A DNA stretch of 64,000 nt from an uncultured Flavobacteriaceae bacterium (GTDB lineage: Bacteria > Bacteroidota > Bacteroidia > Flavobacteriales > Flavobacteriaceae). Below the pieces are notes generated by a model. That model worked only from the letters and a program-made list of their open reading frames with translations. It was not told the DNA's origin and made no database searches. Shown here piece by piece: positions 9,904-19,132 of the stretch. Positions within the stretch are counted from its first letter, which is position 1. Each line of letters begins with the position of its first letter. The stretch lies in assembly GCA_963799365.1 (NCBI GenBank), contig CAWCWV010000017.1:199342-263341 (forward strand), written 5' to 3'. A program made the position numbers and the translations under genes.

Positions 9904-11274
9904 TTAAACTAAAACCTCTGTTACCGTATCTAATTTGGGAATGGTAACTTTCCAACTATACGTATCCTGAATCTTTACCCGAAGTACATCCTGAGCAGTA
10001 GGCTCTCCGTGAATTAAAAAGATATTTTCTGGAATATTTTTAAGATCCTGCAACCAATTTATAATTCCAGCCTGATCTGCGTGTGCCGAAAGACTTTCAA
10101 TATGTTCTACCTTGGCATTAACTGGATAATATTTTCCGAAAAATTTTAGTTCGTGTGCACCTTCTAATAAATGTCGCCCACGAGTACCTTCAGCCTGGTA
10201 TCCCACCATTAAAATAGTTGTATTTGGTTCATCAATTAGCTGTTTTAGGTAGGTTAGTATCCTGCCGCCAGTAACCATTCCACTCCCTGCAATCACTATT
10301 TTGGGTCTTGGATCGTCTATGGTTTCCCAGGTTTCTTTATAGGATTTTATTATATGCATCCTGTTTTTCATTGCGATAAATTCAGCTGGTGGAATTTTAT
10401 GCCAACTGGCGAATCCCTCAAAAATTCCTAGCACATTGGTACCCATAGGACTGTCTATAAAAATTGGAATATTGGGAATACGTCCCTCCTTATATAGTTT
10501 CCAAAGCAGCCACATTAATGTTTGTAATCGTTCTACTGCAAATGAGGGGATAAGTAATGCCCCGCGGTTATGTACTGTAGAATTAATGAGTTCAATAAGT
10601 TTTTCTGAAACACTTGTTGTTGGATGCAATTTGTTTCCATAGGTACTCTCCAGAAACAGATAATCTGCCTGTTGCGGCTTTTCTGGTGGAAATAAAAGTA
10701 AATCCTCTTGTCTTCCAATATCCCCCGAAAAAACAAAGATTTTGCCAAATAATTGTAATTCAATAAACGTGGCTCCTATGATATGTCCATTATATTTAAA
10801 GCGGTATTTGATATGCTCTGAAAGAGAGTGCCAAGTATCTTTTTCAGAAGGTGTAAACATATTGATAGCTTGTTCAGCATCATATATCGTATAAAATGGT
10901 TGTGCAGGATGGTGCTTGCTATAGTTTTCTTCATTAGCCCTTTCTGCATCTTCTTCATTAATCTTGGCACTATCCAATAGAATTATTCTGGTAATTTCCA
11001 ATGTAGGCGCTGTAGCAATAATTTTTCCATTAAATCCCTGCTTTACCAATCTGGGTAAATATCCGGTGTGGTCTAAATGCCCATGAGTGAGCAACACCGT
11101 ATTGATTGATGAAACATTAAATGGAAAATCTTCCCAGTTCTGCTCCCGAAGCTCTTTTAATCCTTGAAACATTCCACAGTCCACAAGGATATTCTGTTCG
11201 GGTGTTTCTAGCAAAAATTTAGAGCCTGTTACAGTTCGGGAAGCACCTAAAAAATGAATTTTTATTGTTCTCAT
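9904..11274 (-). CDS. MBL-fold metallo-hydrolase of the beta-CASP (RNase J/CPSF-like) type
   Basis: HGHLDHTG motif, with later D/H motifs and a C-terminal RNA-specificity-like region (SAHADQ). The ORF track starts at 11310, but the likely start is MRTIKIHFLGA at 11274. Confidence 0.75.
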   Translation of the reverse strand: MRTIKIHFLGASRTVTGSKFLLETPEQNILVDCGMFQGLKELREQNWEDFPFNVSSINTVLLTHGHLDHTGYLPRLVKQGFNGKIIATAPTLEITRIILLDSAKINEEDAERANEENYSKHHPAQPFYTIYDAEQAINMFTPSEKDTWHSLSEHIKYRFKYNGHIIGATFIELQLFGKIFVFSGDIGRQEDLLLFPPEKPQQADYLFLESTYGNKLHPTTSVSEKLIELINSTVHNRGALLIPSFAVERLQTLMWLLWKLYKEGRIPNIPIFIDSPMGTNVLGIFEGFASWHKIPPAEFIAMKNRMHIIKSYKETWETIDDPRPKIVIAGSGMVTGGRILTYLKQLIDEPNTTILMVGYQAEGTRGRHLLEGAHELKFFGKYYPVNAKVEHIESLSAHADQAGIINWLQDLKNIPENIFLIHGEPTAQDVLRVKIQDTYSWKVTIPKLDTVTEVLV

Positions 11275-11281
11275 ATGATTT

Positions 11282-12112
11282 CTAATTACAGAGCATTGAA
11301 ATTTCAGCAAGTATCTTGTTTTTTCTTGTTTCAGAAACCCCCAGGTGATCTAAATAAAAGGTATCATCTGCCAATTGTCTGCACAACACAATTTCTCTAC
11401 TTAATAAAAATTGTTTTTCTCTATTGGTCATCAATGTTGACACGGTGATAGGATAAAGCCCCAATCTGTCAATACGATCTTTTAGTCCATTATCTTTGGG
11501 ATAATCCCAGCTTAACAGATAAAGACCCACACATTTCCCGTACATCAACGCATTCGATGTAAATCTGGTATTAGTTACTACCCAGCCTTCATTAGGACAT
11601 TGGTTCGGATTATCAAATTGCGCTACAATATCCTGGTATCGGGAATTTATATATAAAGGGATTTTCACATTACAGGTAGTTGTTTTTTCGCTGTGAAATT
11701 TACATTCAGCAACGATGTGCTTTCCATTTTTTTTGGCGATAACATCTACCTCGTGAGAAACACATTTTCCTTGTAATATGGCACCAATCGAAATAGAATA
11801 TCCCGAATATTCTAACAAGGCTCCAATAAATCTTTCAAATGGAAATCCGGTTGGCCCAAGCTCATAAATAGCTTTCTTAAGTTTATATTTAGAAGCGTAA
11901 ATTGACTTACTCTTTTTCAATAAGGCAAACGCCCGATTGTAAATCTCCTTGGTAGAAATCCCCTGGTACAATTCATCTCGTACCACATTGATAATTGTAT
12001 CGACCGTGAGTTCATCTGCGCCACTTCTATACAAACTATTTCGCAGCTTCGTTATGGAGAAATCTGCTTTTTCTCCTGAAGATTTTATCACTTGAAATTT
12101 TTCAGTTTTCAT
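11282..12112 (-). CDS. ATP-cone domain protein fused to a PD-(D/E)xK (Mrr-like) restriction-endonuclease-fold domain
   Basis: The N-terminus (VIKSSGEKADFSITKLRNSLYRSG...EIYNRAF) resembles an ATP-cone. The central region (ERFIGALLE...HEVDVIAKKNGKHIVAECKF) matches a D...ExK nuclease core. Confidence 0.6.
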   Translation of the reverse strand: MKTEKFQVIKSSGEKADFSITKLRNSLYRSGADELTVDTIINVVRDELYQGISTKEIYNRAFALLKKSKSIYASKYKLKKAIYELGPTGFPFERFIGALLEYSGYSISIGAILQGKCVSHEVDVIAKKNGKHIVAECKFHSEKTTTCNVKIPLYINSRYQDIVAQFDNPNQCPNEGWVVTNTRFTSNALMYGKCVGLYLLSWDYPKDNGLKDRIDRLGLYPITVSTLMTNREKQFLLSREIVLCRQLADDTFYLDHLGVSETRKNKILAEISMLCN

Positions 12113-12120
12113 AGCGATAT

Positions 12121-12973
12121 TTAGTTTCGTAAATCATGCAATGCCAACACGGGTATGGTCGCATGAAAGCCCAATTCTTTCACCATGGGTTTGGAAAAGA
12201 TAGACCCAAAGAATGCGTGTTTCTTGTTTATAAAAGCAATCATTTCACTATTTCTGCTCTGTGTAAAGATGTTAAGTGCAGTTTGCACGTTTGAGCCATC
12301 GAGAAAATGAAAGGTATATTCCAAACCCTCAAAACACTCTTCCAATAGTGCTTTTCGTTCTTCTTGTTCTTCAGAGAGCTTGTTTTTTTTTTGAAACGTG
12401 TACTATTCGAATAGGGGCATTGGTAATTTTCGAAATTTCGCTAAGATGGTTAAGTTCCCTACTCTTGAAATGTGTTTTAAAACTTGTAGGGAATACAATT
12501 TCGTTTGGATTTTTGTAGCTTATAGTCCCTGGAATTGCTAAAACGGGGCAGGCACGAATTTTTTCCATTATATCTATGGTATTAGTACCAAAAATGATAT
12601 TCCTATTATCAGTTTCACCACGTGAGCCCATCACCACCAATTCGATATCATTTTTATCAACAGTATTTTTCATAACGTCCAACAATGGACCAAATTCACT
12701 TACAAAATGATAGGTATGACCAGGAGGATCATTCCTAGATTTTAACTCGCTTTTTGTTTCTTCCATCTTTTTTTCAGAAACCATTTTTAGCGCTTCAAAT
12801 ATGCTGCTTCCAGTTTCTGGAATCAGCATATTATCTGTAGCATATCCTGGTGAATAATAGGAGTTGAAGATATAAAAATCCACTTTCTTTTTTTTAAACA
12901 ATTCATTGGCATAAGCTATCGCATTGTAGGCATTTTCTGAAAAATCTGTGGGAATTAAAATTTTCTTTTTCAT
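12121..12973 (-). pseudogene. tandem-domain universal stress protein, reading frame broken in an A10 run
   Basis: ORFs 12371..13000 and 12121..12345 together match the layout of the neighbouring ~280-aa USPs (N-terminal ILIPTDFSENAYNAI, C-terminal IPVLALH). The frames join if the T10 run on the plus strand at 12383-12392 were 9 nt long. Confidence 0.7.
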
Positions 12974-13030
12974 CTCGATACATTTTAAGGTTCTTGACAT
13001 AAATGTATGTACTTAACAAAAAAGTAACTA

Positions 13031-13042
13031 TGATAAATGTCA
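13031..13042 (-). promoter_or_regulatory. FNR/FixK/CRP-like palindromic box TGATAAATGTCA
   Basis: 58 nt upstream of the MKKKILIPTDFS start (12973). It lies 23 nt upstream of TACATTTA on the minus strand. Confidence 0.6.
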
Positions 13043-13180
13043 GTCTTGTGCTGTTAATATCAGGAATGGGATACTTGTATATTTTGCTATGTCTTTTATA
13101 GTAGCATCTCTAAATAATCGCACTATTGCATTGTTTGAAAAATCTGTGGACAATAATATTTGTTTCATAGTTAAAAGCTT

Positions 13181-14029
13181 TTAAGAACGTTCTAAGTTTT
13201 GAAGAACCAGAAAGGGTATTTTAATTTCCAATCCTACTTTTTCTATCGTGGAGCGGTATAGTATATGTTCAAGATACGAGTGGCGCTGATTTACCATGAC
13301 TAACATATCGAAAGCGGTATCCTGTAGTATTTTATTTATACCCTGTGTAATATCTTTTCCAGGTGCGTTTATCTGAGAAACCAAATGCTCTTCGAAATAA
13401 CTGCTCGCAAAAGCTCTGTTATCTTTTTGCCTGTGAGACAGTTCTTTTGCCTCGGAAATATGAAGAAAATGAACCCTTGTTACAAACCGAGATGCTAACG
13501 CACTTACCAACTTTAACTCCCGGCGTTTAAAAGGAAGCATATAGTCTGAAGGAAACAACATATTTTGAAGTGGGTAGCCATGATAGCTTACCGGAACAGC
13601 AAGAACAGGACATTTTACATATTTAATTACCTGTAAGGTTTGACTCCCAAATGTGACCTCCTCACGGTTGGTTTTACCTTTTGTTCCCATGACCACAATA
13701 GCTGCATTGTGTTTATCTACTAAGTGGTTTACCTCATCTACCAAACTCCCAAAAGAAGCCATAATTTTGAAAGTATGCTTTGGATTTGGGGAAATAGCTA
13801 ACACCTCGGCAATGACTTTTTGAAGGGATCGCTCTGTTGCTACTTCCAGTTTATCCTTAAACTCTTCAAAGAATTCACGATCCATCTCCATAGTATTTTC
13901 ATAAACGTCATCTGCAAATGCATTCATGATTAGAAACTCACTGTTCTCGTATTTAAAAAGCTCCACAGCATACCGAATTGCATTCAATGCTGTTTCAGAA
14001 AAATCGGTTGGAATAATTATCTTTCTCAT
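13181..14029 (-). CDS. universal stress protein (two USP domains)
   Basis: IIIPTDFSETALNAIRYA, VVMGTKG, CPVLAVP and C-terminal IPFLVL motifs. Confidence 0.85.
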   Translation of the reverse strand: MRKIIIPTDFSETALNAIRYAVELFKYENSEFLIMNAFADDVYENTMEMDREFFEEFKDKLEVATERSLQKVIAEVLAISPNPKHTFKIMASFGSLVDEVNHLVDKHNAAIVVMGTKGKTNREEVTFGSQTLQVIKYVKCPVLAVPVSYHGYPLQNMLFPSDYMLPFKRRELKLVSALASRFVTRVHFLHISEAKELSHRQKDNRAFASSYFEEHLVSQINAPGKDITQGINKILQDTAFDMLVMVNQRHSYLEHILYRSTIEKVGLEIKIPFLVLQNLERS

Positions 14030-14083
14030 GGAATATCATTTTAAGAGACAACCAAAGCTATAGTCTTAGCTTGGATTATAAAA

Positions 14084-14095
14084 TGATAAATATCA
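14084..14095 (-). promoter_or_regulatory. FNR/FixK/CRP-like palindromic box TGATAAATATCA
   Basis: 55 nt upstream of the start at 14029. It lies 23 nt upstream of TAGCTTTG on the minus strand. Confidence 0.65.
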
Positions 14096-14138
14096 GTACC
14101 TTCCCATTTCTATCAGTTACGATTTCAGAAATACCAAG

Positions 14139-14975
14139 TTATTCGTGTAATACTAAAAATGGAATATGAATATGATAGCTTATTTGTGCTACCTGAGGTC
14201 TGAACAAAATACGCTGAAAGAAGTTAAGGTTTTTTGCAATCATTGCCACCATATCAATTTGCATAGTGTTTACAAAAGATTGCAATGCATTTTCCAGGTT
14301 AGGATTTTCAATCACGTGAAAACTATGGGGAATGCCACGTAAGCGCTCCTTTAAAATCTGCCGATTATTGCTCTGAAAATTATCCAAAGGTTTTTGTGTC
14401 TGGGCAACCCTTAATACTCTTATCGAAGAGTTTGAAACCCTTGATATATTTTGTAAGGTGTCTATCACTTTATACTTATAGCTCATATTGAAATCTGTAG
14501 GGAAGCCAATGGAAAGGGTTTTTTTAAAAGACGCTTTCTCAGGTATTACTAAAATAGAACACTTTACGCGGGTTATAACTGCACCCGCTCTACTCCCCAA
14601 AGTCATTTCTTTTAAACCTGAAGCTCCTTTGGTTCCCATAACCATAAAGTCGATACTATTTTCTAGAATAAAGTTTCGGATACCGTCTATAAAAGGCGCT
14701 TGGATAATAGCGTGTTTAAATGTATGCTGGGGGTTTGAATATTGTGTATTGACTTTTCGCATCCAGTCATCCATATCGGAATTTAAATGATCCGGTACTT
14801 CTTTTTTTATGGAAAGACCTGCGTAATGTAAGTTATCATCACTGCCTTTGTGAAATGAAATGTCGATATGTAAAAAATGAAATGTGGTTTTTTCATTATT
14901 AAAAAAACGCAATGCATACGCTGTTGCATTCCAGGCATTCTGAGAAAAATCGGTCGGGATCAAAAATTGCTGCAT
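14139..14975 (-). CDS. universal stress protein (two USP domains)
   Basis: FLIPTDFSQNAWNATAYA, MVMGTKGASG and C-terminal IPFLVLHE motifs. Confidence 0.85.
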   Translation of the reverse strand: MQQFLIPTDFSQNAWNATAYALRFFNNEKTTFHFLHIDISFHKGSDDNLHYAGLSIKKEVPDHLNSDMDDWMRKVNTQYSNPQHTFKHAIIQAPFIDGIRNFILENSIDFMVMGTKGASGLKEMTLGSRAGAVITRVKCSILVIPEKASFKKTLSIGFPTDFNMSYKYKVIDTLQNISRVSNSSIRVLRVAQTQKPLDNFQSNNRQILKERLRGIPHSFHVIENPNLENALQSFVNTMQIDMVAMIAKNLNFFQRILFRPQVAQISYHIHIPFLVLHE

Positions 14976-15024
14976 AGTACTTTTTCTATAGTCAAAAGTA
15001 TCAATGCCTCTTAAAATGGAATAT

Positions 15025-15036
15025 GATAAAAATCAG
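15025..15036 (-). promoter_or_regulatory. FNR/FixK/CRP-like palindromic box TGATAAAAATCA
   Basis: 50 nt upstream of the start at 14975. It lies 23 nt upstream of TACTTTTG. It also sits only 11 nt downstream of the regulator gene's stop codon. Confidence 0.65.
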
Positions 15037-15046
15037 TTCTACAAAA

Positions 15047-16099
15047 TTATTCTATATTTTCTAAGGAATTAAGTTCAAGGATTTTAATATTTCTACCTTC
15101 AATCGCTATAAGTCCTTTTTTCTTAAATTCTGAAAGCGTACGTATTAAACTTTCTGTAGCGATCCCAGCAACACTTGCCAAATCACTTCGGGAAATTTTA
15201 ATAGCTTCATCTGGTTTTTTATTGAGAACACGGGCAAACTGCAAGATTGTCTGAGCTGTTTTTTTCCTTACAGAGCTATACGCCATTTGTAATAACTGCT
15301 CTTTTATTTCGGTGATATTATCGGTAAGAACATTCATTAATTCTAGGGAAACATTCTGATTTTTTCCAAGAATATTTTTTAACTCACTTTTCAAAATTCC
15401 TGATACCGTTACGTCTTCAATGGCTATAGCAGTTTCTTCATATCGTATGTTATGGTTAAATGATGTAAATCCTAAAAAACTGTCTGTTTGGTATAGATTG
15501 GTGATTAACTCTTTGCCATCATCTTCCGTTCGGGAACACTTTACAATCCCTTTTGTGATAAGATAAACATAATTTGAGTGAGCACCCCTTCTGTAAATAA
15601 CTTCCCCTTTGGCAAAAGTTCTCATCGTTCCCGTATCGTCAAATAAGTTTTTGAGTTCATTGAGGCTTCTTATATCCTCTTCAGGATCTAATTTTTTTTT
15701 TGAGGTGGTTTCCAGTGCTTTTGAAAGAATTTCGGCTTTGGCCAATCTACTTTCTATAGCGCTCATTAATTCTTCCTCTTCAAATGGTTTGGTAAGGTAG
15801 TCGTCTGCCCCTAAATCCATTCCTTTTCGAATTTCTTTATGTTCTGTTCTTGCAGATAAAAAAATAAATGGGATATGTGTAGTGGAAGGCTCTAATGAAA
15901 CTGCCTCTAAAACTCCATAACCATCTACCTCGGGCATCATGATATCGCAAACAATAATATCAGGGAGGTGTTTCTTGGCTACTTCAATCCCAATTTTGCC
16001 ATTTGGGGCTGTAAACACTCTGTAATTAGCAAGTTCTAACAACTCTGCCGTATTTTCACGCAATGCAAGATCGTCTTCAATTAAAAGGATGGTTTTCAT
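15047..16099 (-). CDS. hybrid response regulator: CheY-like receiver fused to a Crp/Fnr-type cNMP-binding domain and C-terminal HTH
   Basis: Receiver: KTILLIEDD...PDIIVCDIMMPEVDG...LSA...KP. Effector domain: beta-roll (GEVIYRRGAHSNYVYLITKGIVK) plus HTH (ISRSDLASVAGIATESLIRTLSEFKKKGLI) with the E-x3-R recognition pattern seen in FNR/FixK/CRP. There is no FNR-type Cys cluster. The likely start is MKTILL at 16099; the ORF track gives 16168. Confidence 0.8.
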   Translation of the reverse strand: MKTILLIEDDLALRENTAELLELANYRVFTAPNGKIGIEVAKKHLPDIIVCDIMMPEVDGYGVLEAVSLEPSTTHIPFIFLSARTEHKEIRKGMDLGADDYLTKPFEEEELMSAIESRLAKAEILSKALETTSKKKLDPEEDIRSLNELKNLFDDTGTMRTFAKGEVIYRRGAHSNYVYLITKGIVKCSRTEDDGKELITNLYQTDSFLGFTSFNHNIRYEETAIAIEDVTVSGILKSELKNILGKNQNVSLELMNVLTDNITEIKEQLLQMAYSSVRKKTAQTILQFARVLNKKPDEAIKISRSDLASVAGIATESLIRTLSEFKKKGLIAIEGRNIKILELNSLENIE

Positions 16100-16210
16100 C
16101 TGTTGCAGTTTTTGAGAAATTGGAATATTCGGGGCTGCTTTTCTGACACAGCACACCAACGCATACATCTTCAGCTCAATGGCAAATTGCCTAGGGGTAC
16201 TTTATCATAT

Positions 16211-17719
16211 TTAATCAATAAGCAAGGGTAGTGTTACTGTAAATGTAGTGCCCACATTATGTTTACTTGTAAAGATAATCGTACCGCCTAGATTTTCCAA
16301 ATGTGTTTTCACAATGTTTAACCCTATTCCTGTTCCCTGGTTTAATAGCGCATTTTCCGCTCTAAAATACCGGTTAAATATATATTTTTGTTCGTTTTTC
16401 GGAATCCCAATCCCTTCGTCTTTTATGGTTAATACCAATACGCTATCTTCTTCCTTTGCTGTTAAATATATAGTTGAATTTTCGGAAGAATACTTAATCG
16501 CGTTATTCACCAGATTCGTCAAAATAAGTTCCAGTATCTTCTCGTCAAAATTGATAAAAATGGCATCTATATTTTCAGGGTATTCAATATGTTGTCCGTC
16601 TTTTAGTAACATATTTGCATCGTAGATGACTTCGTTAACTATTTTGCTCAACGGAAAATTGGTAAACATATATTTAAATTTTCCGCTCTCTAAGCGTTCA
16701 ATAGATAAAAAGTCGTTAATTATATTGTTGAGATATTTTACTTTTCCCTGTATCGTTTTTAAATGTTTTTCCCGTTTATCCTGCTGTTCCTCTTTCTCAT
16801 ATTTACCTGCCAAGGTAGCAGAAGTTAATATGCCACTTAAAGGGGTTTTAAACTCGTGAGAGACCAAGGAGAGAAATTTTGTCTTTAATTCTCCTAGTTC
16901 TTTTTCTTTTTTTAATGCTTCTTCCAGTTGCCTGGTACGCTCGGCAACTGTATGCTCGAGTTTGAGCGTATATTGTTCCTGCTCTGTTATATCTAAAATA
17001 ATAGCCACCAATGTATCATCATCAGCAGAAGATGATTTTTGTAAATGTATTTCTACAGGATAGGTAGAGCCATCTTTACGTTTATGGAAGGTGTTAAATT
17101 TTAATTTATGGACAGCACCTTCAATCAGTGGTTTTAGCTTTTCTATAAATTCTTCTTTGCTGAAATCAGGTTTAATATCTACAGGCGTCATGGCTCTAAG
17201 CTCCTCCAGAGTGTATCCTATATTGGATAAAGCTCCCTTATTTACATCAATAAACAATAAAGTGTGAGCATCAAAAATAAAGATCTCATTAAGCGACTCA
17301 TTAAATATTTTGGCCCAGTGTTTTAATTCTTGTTCGGCTTTTTTTCTAACAGTAATATCTATAACCAAGGCCATTACATAATCATTGTCATAAATTGAAA
17401 AAGGGTTAAGCCCTGCTTCTACTGGAAACTGATATCCATCTTTTCGTATTCCGAACAAATCCCTACCATGTCCCATCTGCCGCTTGCCACTATCTTTCAA
17501 AAAAACACTTACGTGTTCGTGGTGATCCTTGTGATATTTTTTGGGTATCAAAATATCCAGATGCTGCCCAATGAGCTCATCTTCGGCATAACCAAACAAA
17601 GTATTTGCAGCTTTATTTGTAGCTACTATGGTCTGCGCTTTATTTACAATAACAATCCCTTCAGAAACAGCTTCTGAAAGAATTTTAAAGACATTGTCCC
17701 CTTTTTGAAAAACTTCCAT
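16211..17719 (-). CDS. PAS-PAS sensor histidine kinase (FixL-like architecture, cytoplasmic)
   Basis: Two PAS domains, then HisKA (LSLVSHEFKTPL) and HATPase_c (NAIKY, DEGIGI, GTGIGL). No TM segments. The PAS1 segment FGYAEDELIGQHLDILIPKKYHKDHHEHV...GRDLFGIRKDGYQFPVE aligns from memory with the FixL heme-PAS region. Confidence 0.8.
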   Translation of the reverse strand: MEVFQKGDNVFKILSEAVSEGIVIVNKAQTIVATNKAANTLFGYAEDELIGQHLDILIPKKYHKDHHEHVSVFLKDSGKRQMGHGRDLFGIRKDGYQFPVEAGLNPFSIYDNDYVMALVIDITVRKKAEQELKHWAKIFNESLNEIFIFDAHTLLFIDVNKGALSNIGYTLEELRAMTPVDIKPDFSKEEFIEKLKPLIEGAVHKLKFNTFHKRKDGSTYPVEIHLQKSSSADDDTLVAIILDITEQEQYTLKLEHTVAERTRQLEEALKKEKELGELKTKFLSLVSHEFKTPLSGILTSATLAGKYEKEEQQDKREKHLKTIQGKVKYLNNIINDFLSIERLESGKFKYMFTNFPLSKIVNEVIYDANMLLKDGQHIEYPENIDAIFINFDEKILELILTNLVNNAIKYSSENSTIYLTAKEEDSVLVLTIKDEGIGIPKNEQKYIFNRYFRAENALLNQGTGIGLNIVKTHLENLGGTIIFTSKHNVGTTFTVTLPLLID

Positions 17720-17755
17720 ATACCAAAAGTACCAAATATAATTTTGAATACTAAC

Positions 17756-17767
17756 TGATAAATATCA
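17756..17767. promoter_or_regulatory. FNR/FixK/CRP-like palindromic box TGATAAATATCA shared by divergent promoters
   Basis: On the plus strand it lies 23 nt upstream of TATTTTTA (17791-17798), facing the start at 17820. On the minus strand it lies 24 nt upstream of TACTTTTG (17724-17731), facing the kinase start at 17719. Confidence 0.65.
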
Positions 17768-17819
17768 TAGTCTATCTATTATCCCAACCCTATTTTTACA
17801 ACATAAATTAAACTGTACC

Positions 17820-18227
17820 ATGAGTATCATACATACCTCCGAAATTGTTTTTTACCAGAAGTTAGGCGAGTTATTTTATGCAGTAGCAGCGTCAGACAAG
17901 GTTGTTCATGAAGCAGAATATAAAGTTTTAACCACTCTGGTAGAGAAAGAATGGAAACAAATGGATGCGTATCAGGACCAATTTGGAGCTGATGCTGCAT
18001 ACCAGATATCAATTGTATTTGAATGGTTTGATTATGAACGTATGGATGCTAATGATTGTTTTGAGAGTTTCAGTGAATACTATAAGGAGCATAAAAAATT
18101 ATTCACTGGGCAAAGGAAAAAACTTGTTCTAAGTACGGTTAAACAAATTGCGAACGCCTTCGCAGGTAGTAATAAAAGTGAACTTATGATGAGTGCCAAA
18201 CTTCAATTACTTTTTAATAAAAATTAA
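17820..18227 (+). CDS. TerB-like (tellurite-resistance TerB family) protein
   Basis: 135 aa. The helical pattern FYQKLGELFYAVAASDKVVHEAEYKVL resembles TerB-family proteins annotated in flavobacteria (from memory). Confidence 0.45.
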   Translation: MSIIHTSEIVFYQKLGELFYAVAASDKVVHEAEYKVLTTLVEKEWKQMDAYQDQFGADAAYQISIVFEWFDYERMDANDCFESFSEYYKEHKKLFTGQRKKLVLSTVKQIANAFAGSNKSELMMSAKLQLLFNKN

Positions 18228-18237
18228 ACCTTTACTT

Positions 18238-19131
18238 ATGAAATATATCATGATACTATTGATGACAATGTTCCTTTTTTCTTGTAAAAATGATAAAACA
18301 CAATCTTCAGAAAATGGTGAGCCCGAAACTGATGTAGTAAAAACCATGCCTTTTGAAGAGGTATTACCCTTTGATTCTACCTATACTAATAATGATACAG
18401 AATTGAAAAAAACAAATTCTATTGTTATAAAAAGACAAAGTTTAATTGATAAGGGAGACGATAAATCTGAATTGCAGGAACTGGTCCTCCAAAAGAAATT
18501 TAAGAAGGATGAAGATTTATACCTAATCGATTATACCTATCCCTACCTAAATGAAACCATAAAAGCTTCCTATCATAATTTTAACGAATATCTGGAAAAA
18601 ACGTACATGGATATTGCAGGAGTAGAGGCCAGTATTTTAGAAAGTAAAGAACTTATTTGCGACACCTTACGCATAAATAGGTTTAAAGAAAAACGCTTTG
18701 TGGATTATAAAATTTACAACCTGAACAAAAATATTATCAGCGTGCTTTTTTATAAAGAAAACTACTATGCTGGCACCTTGCACCCATCCTATACGTTCGA
18801 TTGTTTAAATTTTGATCTGGACCGCTCGGTATTCATGAATTATGAAGACTTCTTCAATGAGGGAAGTGAAGAAGAAATGACATCCATTTTAAATGAAGTG
18901 CTCACTGAAAAAATAAATAGTGGTGATATCTATTATGATTGCTGGGAAATTTCCTTCGACGATTTTTTTGAGTACAAGAATAATTTTGTTGTTGATGACA
19001 GCAAAGTGGAGTATTATTTTGACGACTGTGTCATCTGCCCATCGTATACAGGAACATTTTCTGTGGAAATCCCTTTAGAACGTTTACTACCCATTCTAAG
19101 AAAATACAAATTAAATCCATTTATACTATAA
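18238..19131 (+). CDS. lipoprotein, DUF3298/DUF4163-like (RsiV-type fold)
   Basis: Lipobox (MTMFLFSC) after the start MKYIMILL at 18238. YPYLNE...HPSYTFDCLNFDL resembles the DUF4163/DUF3298 pattern. The family call is tentative. Confidence 0.45.
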   Translation: MKYIMILLMTMFLFSCKNDKTQSSENGEPETDVVKTMPFEEVLPFDSTYTNNDTELKKTNSIVIKRQSLIDKGDDKSELQELVLQKKFKKDEDLYLIDYTYPYLNETIKASYHNFNEYLEKTYMDIAGVEASILESKELICDTLRINRFKEKRFVDYKIYNLNKNIISVLFYKENYYAGTLHPSYTFDCLNFDLDRSVFMNYEDFFNEGSEEEMTSILNEVLTEKINSGDIYYDCWEISFDDFFEYKNNFVVDDSKVEYYFDDCVICPSYTGTFSVEIPLERLLPILRKYKLNPFIL

Positions 19132-19132
19132 G

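Noticed and set aside
10533-10970. Two 64-76 aa same-strand ORFs inside the MBL hydrolase gene
   Set aside because: They are out of frame within a continuous 456-aa ORF that has clear family motifs.
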